Shown: one piece after another, positions 1 to 9,848 of the stretch
Numbering within the stretch: the first letter of the stretch is position 1
Layout of the letters: every line of letters starts with the position of its first letter
Assembly (NCBI GenBank): GCA_963663165.1
Contig: OY760175.1
Span: 160,001-224,000 of the forward strand
DNA length: 64,000 nt
Origin: an uncultured Desulfospira sp.
Lineage (GTDB): Bacteria; Desulfobacterota; Desulfobacteria; Desulfobacterales; Desulfobacteraceae
Reading direction: 5' to 3'
Position numbers and translations under genes: made by a program
The notes under the pieces: model-generated
Database searches by the model: none
The model's input: only the letters and a program-made list of their open reading frames with translations
Told to the model about the DNA's origin: nothing

Positions 1-160
1 GGTGTTGCATGAGAAACCCTCCTTTAGGAATTAAAAATCAGCTACAATGGCGTTGCCTGTACAAAACAAAGAAACAACTCAAAACCTGCCGGGATTAAAC
101 GACAGACTTGTAATCCTATTTTGGAAGGACGATGAAGAAATAACTCAAAGCAGCGTTTTT

Positions 161-736
161 TCAGTCCGGATTCCGCTCTTCAAGCATCCCGTTAAAAAAG
201 ATTTCAAAAAAAGTATCGCATAATTCTTGTATAGATTCCTTTCGCGAATAGTCAAACCAGTAAAACAACCAACTGCACATGCCGATCATTGAAAATGAGG
301 TAAACGCGGTATTCAATTTCTTGGCTTCACCCGCTGCCTGCATTTCACTAATGGCATCAGATATAAAATCAAAGACGTCTCTCCATATTTTTTGAATTTC
401 ACTATAATGTTCAGCAGTGAGTCGCCGGGTTTCATGAACCGACACGAACCCTACCGGCTCATTTGCCAGAAGTTTCAAATACCGCTCAAAAAAGAAAGCG
501 ATCCGTTCCTTTGGCGACTCAATTTGCTTTGCCTTTTCAATGATAGGAAGGAATTCTTTCTCAATCTGATATCGGATGATCTCATACAGCAACTGTTCTT
601 TGGTGATGAAATGATGGTAGAGCCCTCCTTTGCTCAGTCCAAGTTCTTTGGCAATTAACGACAACGGTGTGTTGTCATATCCTCTTTCCAGGATAATATT
701 TAATGCACCGATATATATTTTTTCTTTTTCTTTCAA
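161..736 (-). CDS. TetR/AcrR family transcriptional regulator
   Basis: N-terminal HTH GYDNTPLSLIAKELGLSKGGLYHHFITKEQLL; 191 aa. Confidence 0.92.
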   Translation of the reverse strand: MKEKEKIYIGALNIILERGYDNTPLSLIAKELGLSKGGLYHHFITKEQLLYEIIRYQIEKEFLPIIEKAKQIESPKERIAFFFERYLKLLANEPVGFVSVHETRRLTAEHYSEIQKIWRDVFDFISDAISEMQAAGEAKKLNTAFTSFSMIGMCSWLFYWFDYSRKESIQELCDTFFEIFFNGMLEERNPD

Positions 737-774
737 AATAGCCTTCTCTTTGCTTCAATTGAGGGTGATTTTAC

Positions 775-854
775 AAACCGGCCGACCGGCTTGTTTTCTT
801 AATAGTGCATTGGGTTTGCATATGTCAAGAAAAAACCGGCCGCCCGGCTTGTTT
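775..854. promoter_or_regulatory. Pair of imperfect palindromic operators flanking the putative tetR -35 box
   Basis: AAACCGGCCGACCGGCTTGTTT (775-796) and AAACCGGCCGCCCGGCTTGTTT (833-854); TTGACA on minus strand at 823-828. Confidence 0.6.
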
Positions 855-1056
855 TTTTTGACGGACAGGGATTAGTGACTTGAATTGCGGCCGTAAGGGA
901 TACCAGACCCTGCCGGGCATTAAGCGGCTGGCAAATTTTGACATTCGCAAAATTAAATCGTATTTTGAATTTGAAACCGGGCAGATTCTTAAAATCGGAC
1001 AGGAACAAAATTTTTCAGACCAGTAGGGCGAATATGAATACAACAAGGAGAATAAA

Positions 1057-1710
1057 ATGGAATCCACCCCAATGCCGGCCATTATAACCATCAGCCGCCA
1101 GCTCGGCAGCGGCGGGGCCAGTATCGGCCAGAAACTGGCCCGGCGCCTTTGCCTGACCTTTGTAGACCGGCAGATCATTGTAGAGGCCGCTCCCAAATTA
1201 GCCATGCTTGAAAGTGAGGTTGAATCCAGGGAAGAACGAAAATTATCTTTTTTTGAAAATCTTCTGGCATCCATGGTCAATTATCCGGCGGGCATGGTTT
1301 ATGTGCCGCCGGAAATGCATGTGACCAGCGACAAGGCCATTTCCGAAATCCAGACCGAAATTATCAGGGAGATCTCACGGCAGCAGCCTTCCGTGATTAT
1401 CGGACGGGGCAGCGCCCATATCCTCAAAGACCATCCCCGGCATTTGAGCGTGTTTTTTCATGCGTCCATGCCCTTTCGCATTGACCGGGTCAAAGAGATG
1501 TATGACATGAGTGAGGAACAGGCCCGGGCCACGGTTGAAGAAAGCGATAAAAACCGCGCGGAATACAACAAAACCGTGAGCGGCCGGGAATGGCTGGATA
1601 TCCGCCGGTACCACCTTTGCGTTGATACCGGGGTCCTTGGCTTTGAACAGGCTGAAGAACTGGTGCTTGCCTGCGCCCGGCACCGGCTTGGCATTGAACC
1701 TCAAGGATAG
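1057..1710 (+). CDS. Cytidylate kinase-like family protein
   Basis: IITISRQLGSGG P-loop, VIIGRG, YHLCVDT motifs. Confidence 0.85.
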   Translation: MESTPMPAIITISRQLGSGGASIGQKLARRLCLTFVDRQIIVEAAPKLAMLESEVESREERKLSFFENLLASMVNYPAGMVYVPPEMHVTSDKAISEIQTEIIREISRQQPSVIIGRGSAHILKDHPRHLSVFFHASMPFRIDRVKEMYDMSEEQARATVEESDKNRAEYNKTVSGREWLDIRRYHLCVDTGVLGFEQAEELVLACARHRLGIEPQG

Positions 1711-1774
1711 GCGGGTGAGCCCGGGCCGCCGGGAGCAACCCTTGAAATCATCCCCATCCTGATTTAGGCCGGGG

Positions 1775-2323
1775 TTATCCCTCTTGGATGTAGGTCCGGG
1801 CCAGGGGGCCGTCTTTGCGCCAGGCCCAGCAGGTGTCAATGAGATAGTCGTTGATGTTGACACGGGTCAGTTCTTTTCTTTCCTTGTTCCGACCTTTGAC
1901 GATCCAATAGCCTTGAAGCACCACCGGGGCCATGGAGATGAGCAGGGTGGTCAGATGGGTGCATCCCCTGATGCCGCCGGCCAGTTTTTTGACTTTCTGG
2001 GTAAATCCTGGCGCAATGACAAGCCCTTTGAGCTTGTCCAGGCTGTTTTCCATTTCCCGGCATATGTCGCTGTTGGGCACTGTGGGCATTTTGGCTTTGA
2101 TGTCGACGATTTTAAGTTCTGTGATGTTGACCAGCAGCTGAACCTGCATATGGTGATACATGCGCGGTTCAGACCGTTCTCCGGCCTTTCTGTAAACGGT
2201 GATCAGGTTTCTTTCCTTGAACTCCCCGGTGATGAGCAGATGTTCCGGGTCAACCACAAAAGTGGATAAATCAAAATTCCGGTTATGTATTTTTTCAAGG
2301 TTGTCTGTATCAAAAAAATCCAT
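1775..2323 (-). CDS. DUF2889-like domain protein
   Basis: HNRN..., HHMQV, VP..IC, GL.IAPGF, GGIRGCTHL motifs; start reassigned to MDFFDT. Confidence 0.7.
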   Translation of the reverse strand: MDFFDTDNLEKIHNRNFDLSTFVVDPEHLLITGEFKERNLITVYRKAGERSEPRMYHHMQVQLLVNITELKIVDIKAKMPTVPNSDICREMENSLDKLKGLVIAPGFTQKVKKLAGGIRGCTHLTTLLISMAPVVLQGYWIVKGRNKERKELTRVNINDYLIDTCWAWRKDGPLARTYIQEG

Positions 2324-2420
2324 GAGCTGTTTTTCTCTCTTTTTGGTGTGCCCTTCATTGGCGCAGATTCTTAAATTTTGAATGGGTTTATTTTTAGGGA
2401 GTGATAGGCCCGGGCTGGGT

Positions 2421-3314
2421 CTATGGCACAGCGGTTTCCCAGTAAAGCAAGTTGTCGTCAAAGAAAAGGGTTAAAGCGCCCTCGTTGTACAGGTAAGACA
2501 GAAAAGAGCGGACAGTGGAGCCCACCAGGGCGTACTGGCCGCAGTCAAGGGTGATGCCGAACCGGTCGCAGACGGCCTTTAACACATGGTCATAATGGGC
2601 CGGCCGGATCAGAATTTCCAGAAGCGCTGTCTCAAGATCCTGTACCACAGACAGGTTCAGGGCGGCCAGTTCGTCAATATCCGGTCTGATCCGGCCGTGG
2701 GAGGGCACATACCATGAGGCTGAAATTTTCTGAATCCGGGAAATGGAGGCCTTGAACGCCGCAACATCATAGATAAAGGGCAGTTTGTACTTTTCAAGAA
2801 CGGTTTTTCCGAACAGGGCATCGGCCGTAAACAGGACCTGATCTTTGGTTGAAAGGCCCATCATGTTGAAAAAATGGCCGTCCAGAACATGAAGGGTCAG
2901 TCCATCGGCCACCTGGCTGTCTTTGGTCAGGACATGGTCCACCGTTGAGGGAACGGCCTTGAAAAACCGGTTGTCCAGGTCCTTGACCGGTTTTCCGCCC
3001 CACAAAAAGGCGGTTTCCAGTTCCGGGTGTTCCGTAAAGGCCGCCTCAATGGCCGGGGCGTAAATGTCACAGGCAAGGTTGCGCTTAAGATAATCATTGC
3101 CCCCGATATGGTCGGCATTGGAATGGGTATTGATAATCCCGGAGAGCTGCCAGCCCATTTTTTTAAGGGCCTGGTTGATCTTTCGCCCGGCCTCTTTGCC
3201 ATTGCCGCTGTCCACAATAAACACACCGTCACTGGTGTCCATAAATCCGATATTGGTCGGCCCCTCCATCACCCAGGTGGCCGGCCCAAGCTGCGTTAGT
3301 TCTTTTACCGCCAT
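2421..3314 (-). CDS. MBL-fold metallo-hydrolase
   Basis: THSNADHIGG, GH, ADAL, PSHG metal-binding motifs. Confidence 0.88.
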   Translation of the reverse strand: MAVKELTQLGPATWVMEGPTNIGFMDTSDGVFIVDSGNGKEAGRKINQALKKMGWQLSGIINTHSNADHIGGNDYLKRNLACDIYAPAIEAAFTEHPELETAFLWGGKPVKDLDNRFFKAVPSTVDHVLTKDSQVADGLTLHVLDGHFFNMMGLSTKDQVLFTADALFGKTVLEKYKLPFIYDVAAFKASISRIQKISASWYVPSHGRIRPDIDELAALNLSVVQDLETALLEILIRPAHYDHVLKAVCDRFGITLDCGQYALVGSTVRSFLSYLYNEGALTLFFDDNLLYWETAVP

Positions 3315-3496
3315 TTAAAAATCCCCTTCATCAATGTCCGGCCATTGAACCTGATCAGCCGTTAAAAGTCAATGGTTTGAAAAAATAGGGATAAGGGTAA
3401 GATAATAATTGTTTGGCTTTTTTTTGATTTGTTTTGCTAACTTAAATTTAATTTGATTGGAATGTTGGTATCTGTTCCTATCGTGGGAGGTTGAAT

Positions 3497-6028
3497 ATGA
3501 AAGGATCAGTATTTCTGCGCGAATTTATTTTTTCTATGTTGATGACGGTGTTCCTGGCAGGTGTTTTTTTAGTTCCAAAAGTCCATGCAACCTTGTCATA
3601 CAGTGGTGGTATCAAGCCGGGTGATCTACCAAATACCTGGGACAGCTCAACAAGGGTTTATATCGGCTATGATGATACCGGAATGGTATCTGTCACCGGC
3701 GGCAGCAAAATTGAGAGCTCACAGGTCCATATCGGGTGCGGTTCTGCTACGGCGGGAACAGTGACCGTTGAAGGAGAAGGCTCTGCCTGGACCAGCAGCG
3801 GCGACCTTTATGTCGGCCGCAAGGGTGCGGGAACTATGCTGATCACCAATAGCGGGTCAATGACCAGTGCCGGGGCCTATCTTGGCTATTATGCGGGTGC
3901 CACGGGCAGTGCCATTGTTGACGGCCAAGGGTCTTCCTGGATCAATAGCGAAGACCTTTACATCGGGTATCGGGGTTCCGGCTCCCTTGATATTTTAAAC
4001 CATGCAACCGTTCAGGTTTTAGGAGAAACCGTTTTAAATGAAAACGGGACCATCAATTTTGGGGAAAACGGCGGGACATTGACCACCGGTGCCTTGTACA
4101 CCGGCGCCTCCCAGCTGTCAGGATCGGGGACCGTCAATACCTGCAGCATTGTTGCGGATGCAGATATTGTTCTGGACAGCACTTACGAAAGTACCCAATC
4201 CTTTCTAATCGATCAGGTCACTGTCAGCCTTGTGGACAGCGATACCCGAACCATCGGGGTTGGATATCGCCAGGAAGGCAATCTGACCATAAGCCAGGGG
4301 GTATCCCTGACATCATATACCGCCTATCTTGGCTACAATTCAGGCGCTCAAGGAACGGCCGTTGTGGACGGCCCTAACGCCGCCTGGACCAACGATGCCA
4401 AACTTTATGTGGGCCGCAGCGGTACCGGGACCTTATCCATTACCAACGGTGGAACCGTCTCCGGGTTAACGGATTTTTCCGGTGCCTATCTGGGGTATTA
4501 TTCGGGTTCCACCGGTGTGGCAACCGTTGAAGGGGACGGGTCCTCATGGACCAATAGCGGCGGAATGGTTGTGGGCCGAAACGGGACGGGAATACTGACC
4601 ATTGCCAAAGGCGGGAAGGTATCGGATTCCTCCGCTTATATCGGGCATGGCAGTTACGCAAAAGGTTCGGTATCCGTTGATGGAGAAGGTTCGGCTTTTA
4701 CCAGCAGCTGGAACCTGATGGTGGGCTACAACGGTGAAGGCAGTCTGTCCATTACAAACGCCGGAGAGGTGTCCAGTGGATACGGCTCTGTTGGGCGGTA
4801 TGAAGGCTCTTTCGGCACGGTGTCCATTGATGGCGAAGGTTCTTCATGGACAATTAACCGGGGCAGTTTTCTGGTGGGTGACGGGGGTACCGGGATACTG
4901 ACCATTACCAATGGCGGGTCGTTCATCAGCCTGGGCTCCCATGTCGGCTATTCTTCCAATGCCGTTGGCCGGGTCTATATTGATGGAAAAGGGTCCTCCT
5001 GGATCAGCCGGAAAAGCCTTTCCGTGGGCGGCAGCGGTACGGGATCCATTGACATCACCAATGCCGGTTCATTGTGGAGTTCCCGGGCTGTTATCGGCAG
5101 CCATTCAGGTGCCACCGGAACGGTCACCGTTAACGGGCAGGGATCTTCCTGGACCAACAGCAGTGATCTGTCCGTGGAAAGTTCCGGCAGCACGCTGGCC
5201 GTCAGTGACGGCGGCCGGGTGACTTCAGAGGGTGCATCCATTGGTAGCGGGGCGGTGGTAAGTCTTGACATTCACAGTTCTTTTCTGGTCGGTACAGCGG
5301 ACAATGAATGGGGCGGGACCATTACAAATGATGGAACCATACGCCTGGCGGCTGGTGCCGGAGCAGACACCGGGACATATACCCCCATATCCTTTGGTGA
5401 AATGAGCGGTGACGGCATCATCCAGGCCATGGGCGGCCTGTGGGATGCAGATACCCGGACGGTAACGGTTTTTGAAGCTGTTAATGCCAGGGGTGAAACC
5501 GTTGCCGCTGTTGATCTTGATCTATCTGAAAATCAGCGGGCCCTGGTTTTGGACACTTCTACCGGCATGTCAGCCGGTGCCGCATTTACAGGGACGGATG
5601 CTGAAACTCAAATACAAGTGTCTGTGGCAGCGGTTACCGGCGGAACCCTGGAACTGCTTGACAGCCTGACCAGAGGAACAACAGAGCAGATTCTGTCTGC
5701 CTGGCAATTTTCAGTCACCGGATATACCGTAAATGAAGATCGCCCGGTATACCTTTCTTTAGATGCCGCATCCGCTTCGGATCTTCTGGACCTGAGCATC
5801 TGGGTTTTTCTGGATGGGTCATGGGAAGAATATGATCCGGCAGACCTTTCATTTGATGGGGCATATGCCAGTTTCACCGCAACCGGCCTTGGCACCTTTG
5901 CCGTGACATCAGCGGCTTGTGTTCCCCTGCCCGGGGCCATGGGGCTGTTTTGTTCCGGGCTTATTTTCATCGCGGGGATCTCCAGACGCGGGGGGATAAT
6001 GAAGCCAAAAAGAAATGAGAAAAGTTAA
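3497..6028 (+). CDS. Secreted beta-strand repeat protein (T5SS/PEP-CTERM-associated repeats) with VPLPA-CTERM-type sorting signal
   Basis: Signal peptide; repeated G..G.V.V.G.GS.W.N...L.VG..G.G.L.I..GG units; C-terminal VPLPG + hydrophobic helix + RR/KPKR; RBS GGAGG before ATG 3497. Confidence 0.8.
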   Translation: MKGSVFLREFIFSMLMTVFLAGVFLVPKVHATLSYSGGIKPGDLPNTWDSSTRVYIGYDDTGMVSVTGGSKIESSQVHIGCGSATAGTVTVEGEGSAWTSSGDLYVGRKGAGTMLITNSGSMTSAGAYLGYYAGATGSAIVDGQGSSWINSEDLYIGYRGSGSLDILNHATVQVLGETVLNENGTINFGENGGTLTTGALYTGASQLSGSGTVNTCSIVADADIVLDSTYESTQSFLIDQVTVSLVDSDTRTIGVGYRQEGNLTISQGVSLTSYTAYLGYNSGAQGTAVVDGPNAAWTNDAKLYVGRSGTGTLSITNGGTVSGLTDFSGAYLGYYSGSTGVATVEGDGSSWTNSGGMVVGRNGTGILTIAKGGKVSDSSAYIGHGSYAKGSVSVDGEGSAFTSSWNLMVGYNGEGSLSITNAGEVSSGYGSVGRYEGSFGTVSIDGEGSSWTINRGSFLVGDGGTGILTITNGGSFISLGSHVGYSSNAVGRVYIDGKGSSWISRKSLSVGGSGTGSIDITNAGSLWSSRAVIGSHSGATGTVTVNGQGSSWTNSSDLSVESSGSTLAVSDGGRVTSEGASIGSGAVVSLDIHSSFLVGTADNEWGGTITNDGTIRLAAGAGADTGTYTPISFGEMSGDGIIQAMGGLWDADTRTVTVFEAVNARGETVAAVDLDLSENQRALVLDTSTGMSAGAAFTGTDAETQIQVSVAAVTGGTLELLDSLTRGTTEQILSAWQFSVTGYTVNEDRPVYLSLDAASASDLLDLSIWVFLDGSWEEYDPADLSFDGAYASFTATGLGTFAVTSAACVPLPGAMGLFCSGLIFIAGISRRGGIMKPKRNEKS

Positions 6029-6032
6029 TGGC

Positions 6033-8675
6033 TTACAATTCCCCGGCTTTTTTTCTAATATAGATTAAATCCTCCAGACCAATCTGCCCATCGCCATTAA
6101 TGTCTATTTTAATGATGGCGTTGTCTGAATATATCCCGGTATATGTACCGCCGGCCAATAGTTTAAGGGCAATGGCCAAATCATACCGGTCAATCTTCCA
6201 ATTTCCGTCCAGGTCTCCTTTGAGCCGTAAATACGGATCATCGTCAACATAATTGGCAATGCCGTCCCCATCGGTATCTGCCGTTGGATGAAAGCCTTTG
6301 ACGTATTTTAACGCATAATACGGAGCGATCCGATATAATAGATGAATCTGGCCCAAGTCATCAACACAAAAGGAATGGGTTGATTTCAAATTGTTATCAT
6401 AATCTATGGCTTCTATTCTCCAGGCGCTGTCCAGTTTCGTGATGTATTTAACCTGCTTGTAATTTGTTATCACAATATGGCAGTTCTGGTTGGCATCAAT
6501 TTTTATTTTGGGGTCATAGCTTCTGCTGTATACGGTATTTATTGATTCTGTGGCCCAGGTCCCACTTGTATTATTGGTATATTTCAAATTCCTGTAATAA
6601 CCGTTGGCGTCATAATAAATAATATGGGCTTTCCCGGACGTATCAATGTCCAGCCCAACCTCTCCCTGGACTTCTTCAAGATAGCCCAGAATTCCCTCAT
6701 CATGAACCCAGGTGCCTGATATGTTGCTGCTGTAAACAAGAACACTGGTGTTTCCTGAGCAGATATGGGCATTGCCTGACGGGTCCGCAACAATACAATT
6801 GTATAGGATTTCGTAGCCTGTGGTGCGCAGGGTCTGCCGGACCCATTCTCCGGAACCGTTGGTGAGGTAATAAAGTGCCTCATCAACCGCATAAGCAATG
6901 TGGGCCGCACCGGCATCATCCGTATCTATGGAAATACAGGCCTCGCACTCGGCGAGGACCTCTGTGGACCAGTCTCCGGAAATATTTGAGGCAAGGGCTA
7001 ATGATTCCCCGTCAATATAGGCAATATATGCTTTCCCCGCTGATGTGGCGGCTATGGCAAGGTAGTCAGAGGGGTCAACCGCCGGGTTAATGATTTCTTC
7101 GACCCACTGCCCTGAATGGTTTGTCTGATATCTGAGTGTGTTGTCGGCGTTGAAATAAGCGACGTGGACATGGCCTGACGCATCACTTGTAATGACTGAC
7201 TTTCCGTCCCATAGGTTGGTTTCTGACAGGGTTTCAAATTGGAAAAAACTGTTATCCGTTGTCCAGGTATAAGTGGTGCATTCATCAACAGACTGCCAGC
7301 ATCCTGCCGCATTCTTGACAATGACACGCAGAGAGTGAACCCCTTTTTTAAGGCTGTCAATTTTGATTTCATTGAGCGATGTCTCTTGGGAAAACGGGCC
7401 GTTATCAATGCTGTAGCGGTATGCCACAATATTGGCGCCGGTAACTTGAAAATACTCATAACAGGCAAATTCAGGTTTTGATGGTTTTGAATAAAAGGGG
7501 TGATGAAGAATAGTGACTTCAGTCGTTAAGTTGACATATTTAACCACAGGTTGGTTGTCGTCCGGATAAACTGAAAAGGGCTCCACGTCGGAATAATCCA
7601 TATATGAGAAGTGAATCGCCCCATTCAAATCTATGGCAGGCTCAATGACCATGCCGGAGCATGAAAGGCCATCTTCGTCTGCAACCCCTGTATACCATTG
7701 CCCTGAACTGTTTGTGGAATAAAAAATCCCGCCATTATCTCTGGAAAGGATGTGAGCGTTATGGTCTGAATCAATCCGGATGGCAGGGGTGGCACCATCG
7801 GTGTCATATGGGTTGACGGTTTCATAAATCCATTCCCCGGTATTGTTTGTTGCATAAATAAGAGAGTAACTCGTTGTACAATCATACGAAGTACAATATG
7901 TGGATACCTTTTGATAGGCAATATACAAACTGCCGGTCCGGTCAATGGCTAACGACGGCGACCGCAGATCTCCTGAGGCAATTTCTTGGGTTGTCCATGA
8001 GCCGTTTGAATACGTACCATAATAAATTCCCTGGGAGTGGGTGGAATTGTAATTGTCATACACAAGGTGAATATTGCCACTCGCGTCTAAGGCAAAATCA
8101 AACCCCATGCCGATATTGGATAAAAGTTCAAGGGCCTGGTTTTGCCAGGAGCCGTTTTTGTTGGTGATCAGGTTCAAGGTGCCGGCAGTCTTATCTGCAT
8201 AGCAAATATAGGCGTTGCCGTCCGGGTCAACCGCCAGTATGGCAAACCTTCCCGCATTTTGACCGTTAAGGATTTCCTTTGTAATCCATTGCGTTCCCGT
8301 TTTTCTTGCATAAATGAGGGTGTCTCCTGACTTGTCATAGGCGCAGACATGAATCGTATCAGACGCGTCAATTTTTATTGAATGATAGGTATACGTGCCC
8401 TCAATGGCACGGATGGTTTCGGCTTCCCATTCCCCGGACACCAGAATTTTGTGCTTTAGCTGATCATCTTCTGAAACCACCATATGCAATCTGTTTGTGC
8501 TGTCAACCGCTAACGGCACATTCTCCCCGGGTGTTACCGTAAAATAAGAGCAGGCGGATGGTCCTGTAATGGTTATTGCAAATAAAGGGGTTGCTGAAAA
8601 AAAGAGCGTTAAAAGAAAAAACATGGCCGTTGCGGCCGGTTTTATCATTTTTTGTTTTATTTGATTTGGCAACAT
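6033..8675 (-). CDS. Secreted repeat protein: two beta-propeller-like regions with a C-terminal Ca-binding/dockerin-like module
   Basis: Signal-like hydrophobic stretch; repeated D..G..HI.Y / Y.TN.SG.W..E units; DTDGDG and GDLDGN...DINGDGQIGLED pair; start uncertain (8729, 8675 or 8648). Confidence 0.7.
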   Translation of the reverse strand: MLPNQIKQKMIKPAATAMFFLLTLFFSATPLFAITITGPSACSYFTVTPGENVPLAVDSTNRLHMVVSEDDQLKHKILVSGEWEAETIRAIEGTYTYHSIKIDASDTIHVCAYDKSGDTLIYARKTGTQWITKEILNGQNAGRFAILAVDPDGNAYICYADKTAGTLNLITNKNGSWQNQALELLSNIGMGFDFALDASGNIHLVYDNYNSTHSQGIYYGTYSNGSWTTQEIASGDLRSPSLAIDRTGSLYIAYQKVSTYCTSYDCTTSYSLIYATNNTGEWIYETVNPYDTDGATPAIRIDSDHNAHILSRDNGGIFYSTNSSGQWYTGVADEDGLSCSGMVIEPAIDLNGAIHFSYMDYSDVEPFSVYPDDNQPVVKYVNLTTEVTILHHPFYSKPSKPEFACYEYFQVTGANIVAYRYSIDNGPFSQETSLNEIKIDSLKKGVHSLRVIVKNAAGCWQSVDECTTYTWTTDNSFFQFETLSETNLWDGKSVITSDASGHVHVAYFNADNTLRYQTNHSGQWVEEIINPAVDPSDYLAIAATSAGKAYIAYIDGESLALASNISGDWSTEVLAECEACISIDTDDAGAAHIAYAVDEALYYLTNGSGEWVRQTLRTTGYEILYNCIVADPSGNAHICSGNTSVLVYSSNISGTWVHDEGILGYLEEVQGEVGLDIDTSGKAHIIYYDANGYYRNLKYTNNTSGTWATESINTVYSRSYDPKIKIDANQNCHIVITNYKQVKYITKLDSAWRIEAIDYDNNLKSTHSFCVDDLGQIHLLYRIAPYYALKYVKGFHPTADTDGDGIANYVDDDPYLRLKGDLDGNWKIDRYDLAIALKLLAGGTYTGIYSDNAIIKIDINGDGQIGLEDLIYIRKKAGEL

Positions 8676-8815
8676 ATGAGTTTTTGTGTCCTTGGTTTCA
8701 ATGGTTTTATATGAAAGTCTCACTAACATCTTGAGAAGACTTTCATTATTCGTTGTGGGCGGTTCTTGGTTGGATAACCAGGGCGGCCCGTGGCCGTTAT
8801 TCAGTGTGGGGCCGC

Positions 8816-9760
8816 TTACCAGCAGTCAACCCTGCCGAAATCCTCAGTAAACAGGTAAAGATCAATTTCATCTACGTCACCGTCTTCGTCGAGATCACCA
8901 CTGCAAGATGAATTTGCCGTGCCGTCTTCCATGGCATAGTCCATTGAAAATATGGCGGTGTCCCTGCCGTCAACGCCATTGCCGTTATCAAAGTTTGCAA
9001 TGCAGTCCGGAATGTCATACTCGTTTTTCGGGTTGCTACCTGACAGATACTCTCGTAAATTGCAGTACCCGTCTACATCGTCATCATACAGGGCATCCGC
9101 AACCACAGGATCCAGATCATATGTTGTTTCAAAGTCATCCGGCATTCCGTCATTGTCGTCATCGAGATCGGCATTGTCCCCGATACCATCTGAATCAGAG
9201 TCCTGCCATTCTTCCGGGTCCTCGGGAAACAGGTCGTCCTGATCCTGGATGCCGTCACCATCCGAGTCCTTGAAGACACAAACCTCAATGGCTGGGTTTT
9301 GGGACAAAGTACCTATTGCGGTTTCAAAATTATTCGATTCTGAACCATATGCATTGACCATAACAGCGGCATTTTCATAGAGGTCCTGGTCCCCCGGGTC
9401 ATAGACGTTATCAGAATCCATATCCGTTCCCCAGCCGGCCCGGGGTTGAAACAATGAACTCTGGGTAAGTTCAAACCGGTATGTTCCGGAAACGGCATTG
9501 TCTTTACAGGTTAGATGAATTGTAAACAGGATGGATTCCGAAGCTGGATCTCCGGCAGCGCTCACATCAGAGCAGACACCGCTTAACTGGATTTTTCCGG
9601 CGACGGCACGGTTCGCTGTCCAGGAGGATACGGATTCTTCACCACTGTCAAAAGGAGTAAAAAAGGTGCTTGAAACCGGGTTTGTATCAAGGTCAAATGC
9701 CTGTTCGGGGTAATTTAAAGTGAACGCACAGGCCGTCTGATTGGCTGCAAATATTTTCAT
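8816..9760 (-). CDS. Cohesin-like + thrombospondin type 3 repeat + dockerin-like protein, possibly N-terminally truncated
   Basis: AFTLNY...SSTFF...LFTI beta-sandwich pattern; DSDGDG/DDDNDG repeats; ANFDNGNGVDGRD and GDLDEDGDVDEID; no signal peptide. Confidence 0.6.
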   Translation of the reverse strand: MKIFAANQTACAFTLNYPEQAFDLDTNPVSSTFFTPFDSGEESVSSWTANRAVAGKIQLSGVCSDVSAAGDPASESILFTIHLTCKDNAVSGTYRFELTQSSLFQPRAGWGTDMDSDNVYDPGDQDLYENAAVMVNAYGSESNNFETAIGTLSQNPAIEVCVFKDSDGDGIQDQDDLFPEDPEEWQDSDSDGIGDNADLDDDNDGMPDDFETTYDLDPVVADALYDDDVDGYCNLREYLSGSNPKNEYDIPDCIANFDNGNGVDGRDTAIFSMDYAMEDGTANSSCSGDLDEDGDVDEIDLYLFTEDFGRVDCW

Positions 9761-9848
9761 AATACCCTTTGGGAGTGAATGGCTGTTCCGCCATTGAATG
9801 GAAGGGGATTGGTTAAGCTATAAAACCGGTTGAATGATTTCGGAGCCG

